Assembly (NCBI GenBank): GCA_965219085.1
Contig: OZ244720.1
Span: forward strand, 3,215,527 to 3,279,526
Direction: 5' to 3'
Source: Dehalococcoidia bacterium
GTDB taxonomy: Bacteria > Chloroflexota > Dehalococcoidia > UBA2979
DNA length: 64,000 nt
Under the pieces are notes generated by a model that saw only the letters and a program-made list of their open reading frames with translations, was not told the origin of the DNA and ran no database searches. The translations under genes and the position numbers were made by a program. Shown here piece after piece: positions 28,846 to 37,885 of this stretch. How positions within the stretch are numbered: position 1 is the stretch's first letter; each line of letters begins with the position of its first letter.

Positions 28846-30810
28846 ATGGATGCGCTGGACGGCGACCTGCCGCACCATGTCGAGGTGTCCACGATCTGGC
28901 TTCGACGAGGCGCCGCCGTTCTGGTGGCTTTCGCCTTCGCGGTGGTGCTTTTGGCCGCGCTGACGCTGCAGGCGCTGAGCGCTACGTTCGCCCGCGCCGA
29001 GTTCTACCCCGAGCAACTGGAGCGCGCGGACGTCTACCGCTTCATCAGCGCCGACCTAGCCGACGCGTTCATCGAGGACCTGCGACAGCTCGACGCCGAC
29101 CAGTTCGGCGAGGACTTCACCGGCAACCCCGTTGCGGTCTCTGGGCTCACCACGCGCCAGGTCGCGGACGCGATGCGCCGCGGGCTCCCGCCCGAGGACC
29201 TGGAAGCACTGCTCGCTCCCGCCTTCGAGCAGGCCGCCGAATACGCAGCGGGCGAACGGGACGAGGTCACGATCACCATCGGCGCGGGCCGGCACGTCGA
29301 AGCCCTGGTGCGCGAGCTGACAGCCTTGATGCGCGAGTCCGGCGCGTACGGTCGCCTCCTCGACGACGAGTTCGAGCCGATGTTCCGTGAGTGGGCCGAC
29401 GAGGCGCTACCGGCGGGTGAGGCGGACTCGGCCTGGCTCACGTTCCTCCGCGGCGCCGAGACCGGCGACAGCCTCGTCCGCGTGTTCAGGCGCGTCGTGA
29501 CGCCCGAGTGGCTGGCCGGCGAGGTCGAGCAGTCCGCCGACGAGCTCACCGCCTACCTCGTCGGCAACGCCGAGGGATTCGAACTCCGCATCGAACTCGA
29601 CGACGCCCAGGCGACGGCAGCCGCCGAGGAGCTGGAGGCGATCCTGGGTGACGCCGACGCGTACGACCTCGCGCGGGCCGCGGTGATCGAACCGGCGGTG
29701 GAGGAGCACGTGGTCGCGGCTGCCGAGCTGCCTTACGGCATCACCCTGACCCGCGAGGAGGCCCGAGCGGCGCTGCTCGAGGCCGTGTCGCCGGCGTGGG
29801 TCGAGCAACAGGCCCGGGTGCTGGCGCGCGGGGTCAGCGCGTACGTGACCGGGCAAGCCGATGGATTCGCCGCCGAGATCGACCTCGCGTCCGTCAAGGC
29901 GGACGCAGCCGCCGCCCTCACCGACGCCGCGACGGCCAACCTCGAAGCGTCGCTGCGCGACCTGCCGCCATGCACGACCGCCGCGGAGATAGCAGCGGCG
30001 CGAGACGCGGCGCGGCGGTCGTTGCCCCCGTGTATCCCGCCGGGCGTGACCGCGAGCGAGCTGGCGAGCCAGGTACGACCCGACATCGCCGCCTCGATCG
30101 CCGCGTTCATCGTCGAGCCCGTGCCCGACACGGTGCTGCTCACCGAGTCGGACCTCCGCGCCGCCATCCGGCAAGACGGCGGCGCGGAGGCGCTGACCGC
30201 CCTCGATGACCTCCGGGGGCTGTCCGCCGAGGGCTGGACGTACACGGACTCTGACCTCCGCAACGACCTCTCCGACGACGATGCCGCCACGCTGGACGAC
30301 GTGCGTTCGTTCCTCGGTGAGGGTTACGTCATCGAGGTCTCAGTCGGGGATGACGAGGGCCTCGAGGCTGCGCTGGACGACGTACGCGAATGGACGGAGG
30401 CGGTGAGCCGGGCTCGCTGGGTGGCATTCGTGTTCGCGATAGCGCTGCTGGCGGCGGTGGGAGCGCTGGGCGGCACGAGTTGGCGCGGGCGGGTCGTGTG
30501 GGGCGCCGCCGCACTGCTCGCGGCGGCCGTGCCGATCGCACTCGTGTCGGGGCCGGTGTACCAGGCGGCATCGGGTGCACTGCTCGATGCGATCCGCGAC
30601 GAGATCGCAAGCGACCCCCGCGCGACGTTCGCGCTCACCTCCGAGCTCCTCACCAACAAGCTCATCGACATCGTCGAGGTGAGCGCCGACGCGTTCGCAG
30701 GGAGCATCGCGCGGAACAGCCTGGTGCTCGCCGTCCTGGGCGCCATCGCGCTCGGGGTGTCGCTGTCCTGGGACCGCATCACCGAGGCCGTGGACCGCGC
30801 CCGGGGCTGA
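28846..30810 (+). CDS. Hypothetical membrane protein with three internal helical repeats
   Basis: N-terminal TM, large acidic soluble region, three C-terminal TM segments; codon style like flanking genes. Start uncertain. Confidence 0.8.
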   Translation: MDALDGDLPHHVEVSTIWLRRGAAVLVAFAFAVVLLAALTLQALSATFARAEFYPEQLERADVYRFISADLADAFIEDLRQLDADQFGEDFTGNPVAVSGLTTRQVADAMRRGLPPEDLEALLAPAFEQAAEYAAGERDEVTITIGAGRHVEALVRELTALMRESGAYGRLLDDEFEPMFREWADEALPAGEADSAWLTFLRGAETGDSLVRVFRRVVTPEWLAGEVEQSADELTAYLVGNAEGFELRIELDDAQATAAAEELEAILGDADAYDLARAAVIEPAVEEHVVAAAELPYGITLTREEARAALLEAVSPAWVEQQARVLARGVSAYVTGQADGFAAEIDLASVKADAAAALTDAATANLEASLRDLPPCTTAAEIAAARDAARRSLPPCIPPGVTASELASQVRPDIAASIAAFIVEPVPDTVLLTESDLRAAIRQDGGAEALTALDDLRGLSAEGWTYTDSDLRNDLSDDDAATLDDVRSFLGEGYVIEVSVGDDEGLEAALDDVREWTEAVSRARWVAFVFAIALLAAVGALGGTSWRGRVVWGAAALLAAAVPIALVSGPVYQAASGALLDAIRDEIASDPRATFALTSELLTNKLIDIVEVSADAFAGSIARNSLVLAVLGAIALGVSLSWDRITEAVDRARG

Positions 30811-30886
30811 CGCCACGCCTCGACTCGGTTGTGACGAGGGCCGGTGGCGATGGCCCTGAGCAGAGGGCGACGTATCATGTCGCGCC

Positions 30887-32389
30887 ATGCTGAATCGTCC
30901 CGTCCCGGCCTCCGACGGCAGCGCAGCAGGCACCGCCCCGGCCGCCGCACCGCCGCCGCGACGGCGCGCGCCGTCGTGGTGGCCGAACATCTACTACGGC
31001 TGGTACATGGCCACCGCGGGGGCGGCCAGCAACTTCCTCGTGCTGGGCATCACGGTCTTCGGATTCGGCGTGTTCATCCCGTCGCTGCGCGACGAGATGG
31101 GCTGGACGATCGCGCAGATCTCGATCGCATTCTCGTTGCGCAGCTTCGAGAACGGGCTGCTCGCGCCGTTCACGGGGTTCATGGTCGACAAGCTCGGCGC
31201 GCGCCGGATGGCGTTCACCGGGCTGTTCGCGCTCGTCGTCGGGCTGCTGCTGTTCTCGCAGTCGCGGACCATCTGGGCGTTCTACGCCGCGAGCCTCGTG
31301 ATGGCTCTCGGGCAGAGCCTCGGCTCGTTCACGCCGTTCAGCGCGGCGCTGATGAACTGGTTCACGCGCCAACGCGGCCGCGCGATGGGCCTGGTGTCGA
31401 CGGGCAACGGCGCGGGAGGCCTCGCCGCGCCGGTCCTCGCGGCGATGATCGTGTACATCGGCTGGCGCGAGACGGCGATTGTCGCCGCGCTCACCATCGG
31501 CATCGTCGGTTTCCCGCTCGCGATGACGCTCCGCGACCGCCCCGAGCCGTACGGTTACGGCCCCGACGGTGTGCCGCTCGACGAGGCCGCGCGCCAGCGA
31601 GTTGCACGCGACGGTGCGGCCACCAGCGCGACGGGCATGAGTGTCGGCGAGGTACTGCGCACACCTGCGTTCTACCTGCTCGCGATGTCGTCCGGGTTGG
31701 GCGGCGCGATCCTCGGCACGTGGATCGTGCACCAGATCCCGCACCTCGAGTCGACGGGGTTCTCGCTCACGGCGGCCGCGTCGATCGCCGGCTTCTACGC
31801 CGTGTTCCAGATCGCCATGCGCTACGTGCTCGGCTGGGTCGGCGACATGGTCGGACGGCGTCCGATGTTCGTCGCGTCCTTCGTGCTGATCGGGATCGGG
31901 CTGCTGGTGTTCAGCAGGCTCAACCCCAGTCAGTTGTGGCTCATCCCGGTGTACTACCTCACGTTCGCGACCGGGCACGCGACGTTCGTCGTGATGAGCC
32001 AGACCGTCGTCGCCGACTACTTCGGCACGAGGCGGTTCGCTACGATCCGCGGGTTGTCCCACAGCACGGCGATGCCGCTCGGCATCATCGGCCCGGTGTT
32101 CGCGGGCTGGATGTTCGACACCACCGGCAGCTACCAGATCGCGTTCACGGTGCTGTCGAGCTGCGCGGTCTTCGCGGCGATCTGCATCCTGCTCATCCGC
32201 CGGCCGCAGTGGAGCGAACTCGTCCCGGCCTCGACGCCCTCGGCGCCAACGACGCCAACGATGTCCGTGCCATCGGCGGCGGCGGCGATGGTGCCTGCAC
32301 AGGCCGCGGCAGCGATTCCGGCCGTGCCTGGCGCGGCCGCCCCTGCACCCCCGTCGACGCACCGCGGCATGGGCGCCGACGGCTGGTAG
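30887..32389 (+). CDS. MFS transporter
   Basis: IYYGWYMA, GFMVDKLGAR, GWVGDMVGRR, ADYFG. Confidence 0.93.
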   Translation: MLNRPVPASDGSAAGTAPAAAPPPRRRAPSWWPNIYYGWYMATAGAASNFLVLGITVFGFGVFIPSLRDEMGWTIAQISIAFSLRSFENGLLAPFTGFMVDKLGARRMAFTGLFALVVGLLLFSQSRTIWAFYAASLVMALGQSLGSFTPFSAALMNWFTRQRGRAMGLVSTGNGAGGLAAPVLAAMIVYIGWRETAIVAALTIGIVGFPLAMTLRDRPEPYGYGPDGVPLDEAARQRVARDGAATSATGMSVGEVLRTPAFYLLAMSSGLGGAILGTWIVHQIPHLESTGFSLTAAASIAGFYAVFQIAMRYVLGWVGDMVGRRPMFVASFVLIGIGLLVFSRLNPSQLWLIPVYYLTFATGHATFVVMSQTVVADYFGTRRFATIRGLSHSTAMPLGIIGPVFAGWMFDTTGSYQIAFTVLSSCAVFAAICILLIRRPQWSELVPASTPSAPTTPTMSVPSAAAAMVPAQAAAAIPAVPGAAAPAPPSTHRGMGADGW

Positions 32390-32445
32390 CCGCGGCGACG
32401 CCGATTCCAGATCAACGTTGACTCGCGTGCCGGTCGCGACTCACA

Positions 32446-32464
32446 ATGACTCACAGTGAGTCAT
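32446..32464. promoter_or_regulatory. Palindromic operator upstream of RHH antitoxin
   Basis: ATGACTCAC-A-GTGAGTCAT perfect palindrome, an extra GACTCAC half-site at 32438 and TTGACT at 32418. Confidence 0.65.
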
Positions 32465-32487
32465 ATGCGAGTCGCTCGGAGGTGACC

Positions 32488-32742
32488 ATGCAGCAACTGA
32501 CAGTACGAGGATTCGACGACGAACTCAGTGACCGGCTCAAGGGACTTGCGCAACGCGAGGGCATCTCCCTCAACCAGGCGGCGCTACGTCTGCTCCGCAA
32601 GGGAGCGGGCCTGCCCGAAACCGGCGGACCGATCGGCAACAGTCTCGACCACCTGTTCGGCGTGTGGACCGCCGAAGAGGCCGATGAATTCGATGCGGCG
32701 GTTGCCGAGTTTGACACGATCGATGAGTCCGCTTGGCAGTGA
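32488..32742 (+). CDS. Ribbon-helix-helix (FitA-like) antitoxin
   Basis: MQQLTVRGFDDELSDRLKGLAQREGISLNQ; GGAGG RBS; stop overlaps the vapC start. Confidence 0.85.
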   Translation: MQQLTVRGFDDELSDRLKGLAQREGISLNQAALRLLRKGAGLPETGGPIGNSLDHLFGVWTAEEADEFDAAVAEFDTIDESAWQ

Positions 32743-33137
32743 GACTCACCCTTGATACGAGCGCGTACTCGCAACTGATGAGCGGCGAGCAGAGGGTCGC
32801 GGAACTCGTCAGGCGAGCCGACACAGTGATGTTGTCCGCGATCGTCCTCGGCGAGCTGCTGGCGGGGTTTCGCAAGGGGTCCCGGCTCGAGCGGAATCTT
32901 CAGGAGCTTCGGGCGTTCCTCGACATCCCGCTCGTCGCCGTTGTACCCGTAGGCGAGACAACGGCTGATCGCTACTCACGGATCAAGGAGGCCCTTCGCG
33001 CGAAGGGTCGGCCCGTTCCGTCAAACGATGCCTGGATCGCAGCGCACGCCATGGAGACGGGCGCTGACCTCGTCTCGGCCGATCGACACTTCGAGGACAT
33101 CGACGGCGTCGTCCTGGTCCGGTTGTCGCCACGCTAG
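32739..33137 (+). CDS. vapC: VapC/PIN toxin
   Basis: LTLDTSAY, VLGELLAG, NDAWIAAHA, SADRHF. Confidence 0.93.
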   Translation: MRLTLDTSAYSQLMSGEQRVAELVRRADTVMLSAIVLGELLAGFRKGSRLERNLQELRAFLDIPLVAVVPVGETTADRYSRIKEALRAKGRPVPSNDAWIAAHAMETGADLVSADRHFEDIDGVVLVRLSPR

Positions 33138-33144
33138 CCACCGC

Positions 33145-33570
33145 CTACGACCCCTCGGCCTCGCTCCACAGGTAGCGCCCCGTCGCCAGGGCGATCACCA
33201 CGAACAGCGCGTCGACGATCGGGAAGTAGATGAGGTGCGACGTGACTGCGTCGCCGGTTTCGCTGTCCGGGTTGAGCGTCCAGATCCACCCCCAGAAGAA
33301 CAGCATCGCCAGCACGACCGCGCCGTAGAACGCGAAGCTCACCCGCACATACTCCACCACCGAGGGCTCCATGCCGGCCTGCCCACGCTTGCGCATGAAG
33401 CCGACGATCAGCGCCACGAGCGTCGAAGCGGCCATGAACCAGTTGATGATCTCCCACACCGGGTAGTCCGCGGCGCCGTCGTGGTAGACCGGCGTGAGGA
33501 TGAGGTTCACGAACACTGCGATCGCCGTCGCGACGAGCAGAACCGACAAGGCCCGTTGCACCAGCTCCAT
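33145..33570 (-). CDS. Four-helix membrane protein
   Basis: GGAGG RBS; four hydrophobic segments. Confidence 0.75.
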   Translation of the reverse strand: MELVQRALSVLLVATAIAVFVNLILTPVYHDGAADYPVWEIINWFMAASTLVALIVGFMRKRGQAGMEPSVVEYVRVSFAFYGAVVLAMLFFWGWIWTLNPDSETGDAVTSHLIYFPIVDALFVVIALATGRYLWSEAEGS

Positions 33571-33701
33571 GATTGCTCGCACCTCCCCGCCTGATACCGG
33601 GAATCACCTTCGTTGTGCCCAACATACGCCCGCGCACCAGGTGAGTGGCACTGCCGGGCGACGAACCATTCAAGGCGAGCTGGCCCTATAGTTAACGTTC
33701 A

Positions 33702-35186
33702 GTGCCAACTCAGGAGGCACGCGTGAGCGTGACGCAGGATCGCCCAGCGGGTTCGGCAGCACCCGTGGCTGCCTCCCCACTCACCCACAGCGGCCTCAAC
33801 GACCTCACGAACGGTGCACCGCCGGTCACGGCCCTCGCACCGCGCGCACCCGGGAACGGGGCTGTCGCCGACCTCGCGCCACCTCCCGCCCGCACGCCCG
33901 CGGTCGCGACGAGGCAGCCGCGCGTCTTCTACGGCTGGTGGATGGTGGGCGCGGGCTTCCTCGCCGCCTTCACCACTGCCGGAGCGCAGGGCTACATCGC
34001 CGGTTCGTTCCTCGTGCCGATGAGCGACGAGTTGGGCTGGACGCGCGCGGAGTTCCTGTACGGCCAGACCACCGGGCAGTTCGTCACGGCGTTCGCGGGC
34101 TTCTTCGTCGGCGCGTATGTCGACCGCTTCGGGTCGCGACCGCTGATGCTCATCGGCGCGACGCTGCTCGCGGGCGCGCTGTTCGCGATCTCCGAAGTGA
34201 ACGAGCTGTGGCAGTGGGTGATCCTGCGCGGCGTCTTCAGCATGCTCGGCGCGGCCCTGCTCGGGTTCCTCGCCGTCAACGTCACGCTCTCCAAGTGGTT
34301 CGTCGAGCAGCGCGGACGCGCGATCGGCCTCGCGTCGATTGGCGTGTCGATGGCCGGCATCGTGCTGCCGGTGGCGATGACCTGGTACGTCGACGAGTTC
34401 GGGTGGCGCGCGGCGTGGCGCGTGCTCGCGGTCGGCGTCGTGGTGCTCGGCTACCCGGCGGCCGCGATCATGCGGCGCACGCCGGAGGACTACGGGCTCA
34501 ACCCGGACGGTAAGAGCGAGCGCCAGATGGCGAGCGGCGGGGGCGCGCGCGCCATGGCCGACTTCGCCAACTCGTTCACACGCGGGCAGGCGATCCGCAC
34601 GCAGGCGCTCTATGTGCTGATCGTGACGTTCGGCCTCGGGACCCTGGGTCTGATGACCATCATCGTGCTCACCATCCCGTACCTCACCGACTCCGGTTTC
34701 AGTCGCGGCACCGCCGCGATCATGCTCTCCATCCTCGCCATCCCGGCGGGGGTGTCGAAGCCGGTGTGGGGCTGGATGGCCGACGTCTGGTCGGAGCGGC
34801 TGTCGACGTCGCTGAGCTTCGTGATGAACGCCGCGGCGATGGTCGTGATCGTGCTGGCGGCGCAGACACAGTCGACGCTGATACTCGCGATCGGGTTCTT
34901 CGTCGTCGGCTGGGGCATCGGCGGGCAGATCCCGCTGCAGGAGACGATCTGGGCGAGCTACTTCGGCCGCCGCTACATCGGCGCGGTGCGCTCGGTGGCG
35001 ATGCCGTTCACGATGCTGATCGCGGCGTCCGGCCCGATTCTCGTGGCGACATACGCGGACAACGTCGGCAACTACGACGCGGCCATGTTCGGCGTCGCCG
35101 CGGCGTGGGCGGTGGCATCGCTGCTCATCCTGATCGCGCGCCGGCCGCGCCTGCCCGAGTCGAGCGAGACGCCCGCCGCAGCCTGA
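33702..35186 (+). CDS. MFS transporter
   Basis: VFYGWWMV, GAYVDRFGSR, ASYFGRR. Confidence 0.93.
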   Translation: MPTQEARVSVTQDRPAGSAAPVAASPLTHSGLNDLTNGAPPVTALAPRAPGNGAVADLAPPPARTPAVATRQPRVFYGWWMVGAGFLAAFTTAGAQGYIAGSFLVPMSDELGWTRAEFLYGQTTGQFVTAFAGFFVGAYVDRFGSRPLMLIGATLLAGALFAISEVNELWQWVILRGVFSMLGAALLGFLAVNVTLSKWFVEQRGRAIGLASIGVSMAGIVLPVAMTWYVDEFGWRAAWRVLAVGVVVLGYPAAAIMRRTPEDYGLNPDGKSERQMASGGGARAMADFANSFTRGQAIRTQALYVLIVTFGLGTLGLMTIIVLTIPYLTDSGFSRGTAAIMLSILAIPAGVSKPVWGWMADVWSERLSTSLSFVMNAAAMVVIVLAAQTQSTLILAIGFFVVGWGIGGQIPLQETIWASYFGRRYIGAVRSVAMPFTMLIAASGPILVATYADNVGNYDAAMFGVAAAWAVASLLILIARRPRLPESSETPAAA

Positions 35187-35286
35187 CCTCGTCCCCTCGT
35201 TCTGTCAGCGCGCGCATCGGGCTATCATGGCGGCTGCCGCGCGCCCGCAACCGCCGCGTTCGGCGCCAATCACGAAGGGAACCGAC

Positions 35287-36072
35287 GTGTCGTACGAGAA
35301 CATCACCATCGAGCGCAAGGATCACATCGCCACCATCACGCTGAACCGCCCCGAGGCGCTGAACGCGCTGGACCGCGGCCTCACACGCGACATGCACGGA
35401 GCGATCGACGAGCTGAGTGGCGAGTTCCCCGACATCCGCGTCGTGATCCTCACCGGCGCGGGCCGCGGCTTCTGCTCCGGCGCCGACGTGATGGCGCAGG
35501 CCCGGGCGCTCACGCCGGGCGAGCCCGAGCCGCACGACCCGCTGAACAGCATCCCGCCGCTCGCCCCCAAGCTGCAGGCGATGCCGCAGCCGGTGATCGC
35601 CGCCGTCAACGGCGTCGCGGCCGGCGCCGGCTTCTCGCTCGCCATGGCCTCGGACATCCGCGTCGCCGCCGAGAGTTCGCGCTACTCGGTGATCTTCGTG
35701 AAGCGCTCGCTGGTGCCGGACACCGGCTCCTCGCACTCGCTGCCGGCCGTCGTCGGGCGCGGGACGGCGATGGAGATGGCGCTCACCGGGCGCGTGTACC
35801 CCGCCGCGTGGGCGTTCGAGCGTGGGCTCGTGAACTACGTCGTGCCGGACGACCAGGTCATGGAGGAGGCGCGGATGATTGCGAACGAGATCGCGAACAA
35901 CCCGCCGCTGTGCGTGCGCTCGATCAAGCAGCTGATGCACCGCACGGACCGGCTGACCGAGGTGCTCCCGTACGAGCACGACGCGAACACGCCGTCGATG
36001 AACACGGCGGACCGTCGCGAGGCGGTGATGTCGTTTGTCGAGAAGCGCGACCCGGTCTTCCTCGGGCGGTAG
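35287..36072 (+). CDS. Enoyl-CoA hydratase/isomerase
   Basis: LNRPEALNA, FCSGAD, AVNGVAAGAG, FVEKRDPVF. Confidence 0.95.
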   Translation: MSYENITIERKDHIATITLNRPEALNALDRGLTRDMHGAIDELSGEFPDIRVVILTGAGRGFCSGADVMAQARALTPGEPEPHDPLNSIPPLAPKLQAMPQPVIAAVNGVAAGAGFSLAMASDIRVAAESSRYSVIFVKRSLVPDTGSSHSLPAVVGRGTAMEMALTGRVYPAAWAFERGLVNYVVPDDQVMEEARMIANEIANNPPLCVRSIKQLMHRTDRLTEVLPYEHDANTPSMNTADRREAVMSFVEKRDPVFLGR

Positions 36073-36186
36073 CCACTCCGCCCGATCGACGAGCGGCGCC
36101 GTGGCTTCGCGAATGTTGTTTGCAAGCCACGGCGCGGTTCCGTACGTTCTTTGTATGCCTCTCACACCCTGATCGGGGATAGTCTC

Positions 36187-36468
36187 ATGGCGACAGCCAA
36201 GGTCACGAGCAACGGCCGCATCACGATCCCGAAGGATGTGCGGGATCAGCTCGGCCTCGAGCCGGGCGACGAGGTGACCTTCGCCGAGGGGTTCGGCGGC
36301 TGGTACATCCGCAAGGAGGACCCCACTCCGGTAGGTGATTCGCCATTCACACCATGGCGCGGATACCTGAAGCATCTCGCGGGTCGACGTTCGGACGATC
36401 TGGTTGAGGAGATGCGCGGGCCGCCGCTCGATCCCGACGAACTCACCGAGGAAACGCGCGGTTCGTGA
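36187..36468 (+). CDS. AbrB/MazE/SpoVT family antitoxin
   Basis: AKVTSNGRITIPKDVRDQLGLEPGD. Confidence 0.92.
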   Translation: MATAKVTSNGRITIPKDVRDQLGLEPGDEVTFAEGFGGWYIRKEDPTPVGDSPFTPWRGYLKHLAGRRSDDLVEEMRGPPLDPDELTEETRGS

Positions 36469-36932
36469 TCTCGGCGGTCGATACCAACATCCTCCTCGAC
36501 CTGTTGATCGGTGACCCTGAGTACGTTAGCGAATCGGAGCAGCGGCTCAACGAGGCAGCGGACGCAGGCAGAGTTGTGATCTCGGAGCCCGTGTACGCGG
36601 AGTTGTCGCCTCGCTTCGCTGACTCAGCGGACGTCGACGGATTCCTCGACCTGACTGGTGTCGTCTTTGAGTCGTCAACCCGTCCGACACTGCATCGTGC
36701 CGGAACTGCTTGGCGAGCCTACACGCGCCGACGGCCGCGGATGCTCGCCTGCCCGCAATGCGGCGAGCCGCTTCCCGGGCGCTGCCGGGCATGCGGTGCC
36801 GTCGTTCAGGTTCGGCAACACGTCCTGGCCGACTTCCTGATCGGCGCGCACGCCGCCTCGCAGGCGGACCGACTGATCACGCGCGACCGCGGCTACTACG
36901 CCACGTACTTCCCGGACCTCGAACTCGCGTAG
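36465..36932 (+). CDS. vapC: VapC/PIN toxin with inserted CxxC..CxxC zinc ribbon
   Basis: AVDTNILLD, VYAEL, then CPQC..CRAC, then DFLIGAHA, LITRDRG. Confidence 0.9.
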   Translation: MISAVDTNILLDLLIGDPEYVSESEQRLNEAADAGRVVISEPVYAELSPRFADSADVDGFLDLTGVVFESSTRPTLHRAGTAWRAYTRRRPRMLACPQCGEPLPGRCRACGAVVQVRQHVLADFLIGAHAASQADRLITRDRGYYATYFPDLELA

Positions 36933-36949
36933 GTGCGTCCCGGCGCCGC

Positions 36950-37885
36950 CTACTCGCCTGCCTCGACCCACGCCCTGATCAGCTGATGCGCGATGGTGAA
37001 CGGGGGCGGGACGCCGAAGCCGGCGTCGGGTGACGGGCCCCCGCCCTCCTCGGCCGTCGCGAGGGCACTCCGCACCTGATCGCGGGTGAACCACTGCGCG
37101 TCGCCGATCTCATTGTGGTCGACCTCGATATCCGTGCTCGCGGCGTCGGCGTGGCAGCCGATCATCAGCGACGACGGGAACGGCCACGGCTGCGAGGAGT
37201 GGTAGCGCACCGCGCCCACCTCGACGCCAGTCTCCTCGCGCACCTCGCGGCGCACGGCCTCCTCGATGGTCTCGCCCGGCTCGATGAAGCCTGCGACGCA
37301 GGTGTACATCGGCGCCCGGCGCGCGGTGGGGCTGGCGAGCAGGCAGCGCTCACCCCGCTCGACGAGCACGATCACGACCGGGTTCACGCGCGGGAAGTGC
37401 TCGGCGCCGCACGTCCCGCAGCGGCGCATGTCACCGCTGACGCGCGGCGCGGTGCCGCCCCCGCAGGCCGGGCAGTAGCGGCTGCGCGCGTGCCAGTCGA
37501 TGAGCGAGCGCGCCTGCGCGAGGATGCCGGCCTCGGCGAGGGGTAGCGCGGCCCCCGCCTCGCGCGCGCCGATGAACGCATCGTCGCCAACGAGGGTGTC
37601 GAGCGTCGCCGCGTCGACGCCGGTCACGTCGGCGGCGAGGTGCGGCGTCCCGTCGCGCACGCCGAGCAGCACGGGCGCGGGCGCGTGGAACCGCGCCAGT
37701 TGCGCACGGCTACGCCACGCGAGTTGCGGCGACGACTCGCCGCGGACCAGCGGGTTGAGGTCGCGGAACGCGAGGTAGCGCGCGTCGGGATGCTTGAGGG
37801 TCGCCTCGATCCACGCGCGGTCGCGCCGCTCGTTCGAGGAGCGATCGAGCGGGTTGCCCGCGAAGGTGTTGCGGACCGAGGTCAT
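36950..37885 (-). CDS. nudC: NAD(+)/NADH diphosphatase NudC
   Basis: Zinc finger CPAC..CGTC, Nudix box GFIEPGETIEEAVRREVREETG, SQPWPFP motif. Confidence 0.95.
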   Translation of the reverse strand: MTSVRNTFAGNPLDRSSNERRDRAWIEATLKHPDARYLAFRDLNPLVRGESSPQLAWRSRAQLARFHAPAPVLLGVRDGTPHLAADVTGVDAATLDTLVGDDAFIGAREAGAALPLAEAGILAQARSLIDWHARSRYCPACGGGTAPRVSGDMRRCGTCGAEHFPRVNPVVIVLVERGERCLLASPTARRAPMYTCVAGFIEPGETIEEAVRREVREETGVEVGAVRYHSSQPWPFPSSLMIGCHADAASTDIEVDHNEIGDAQWFTRDQVRSALATAEEGGGPSPDAGFGVPPPFTIAHQLIRAWVEAGE

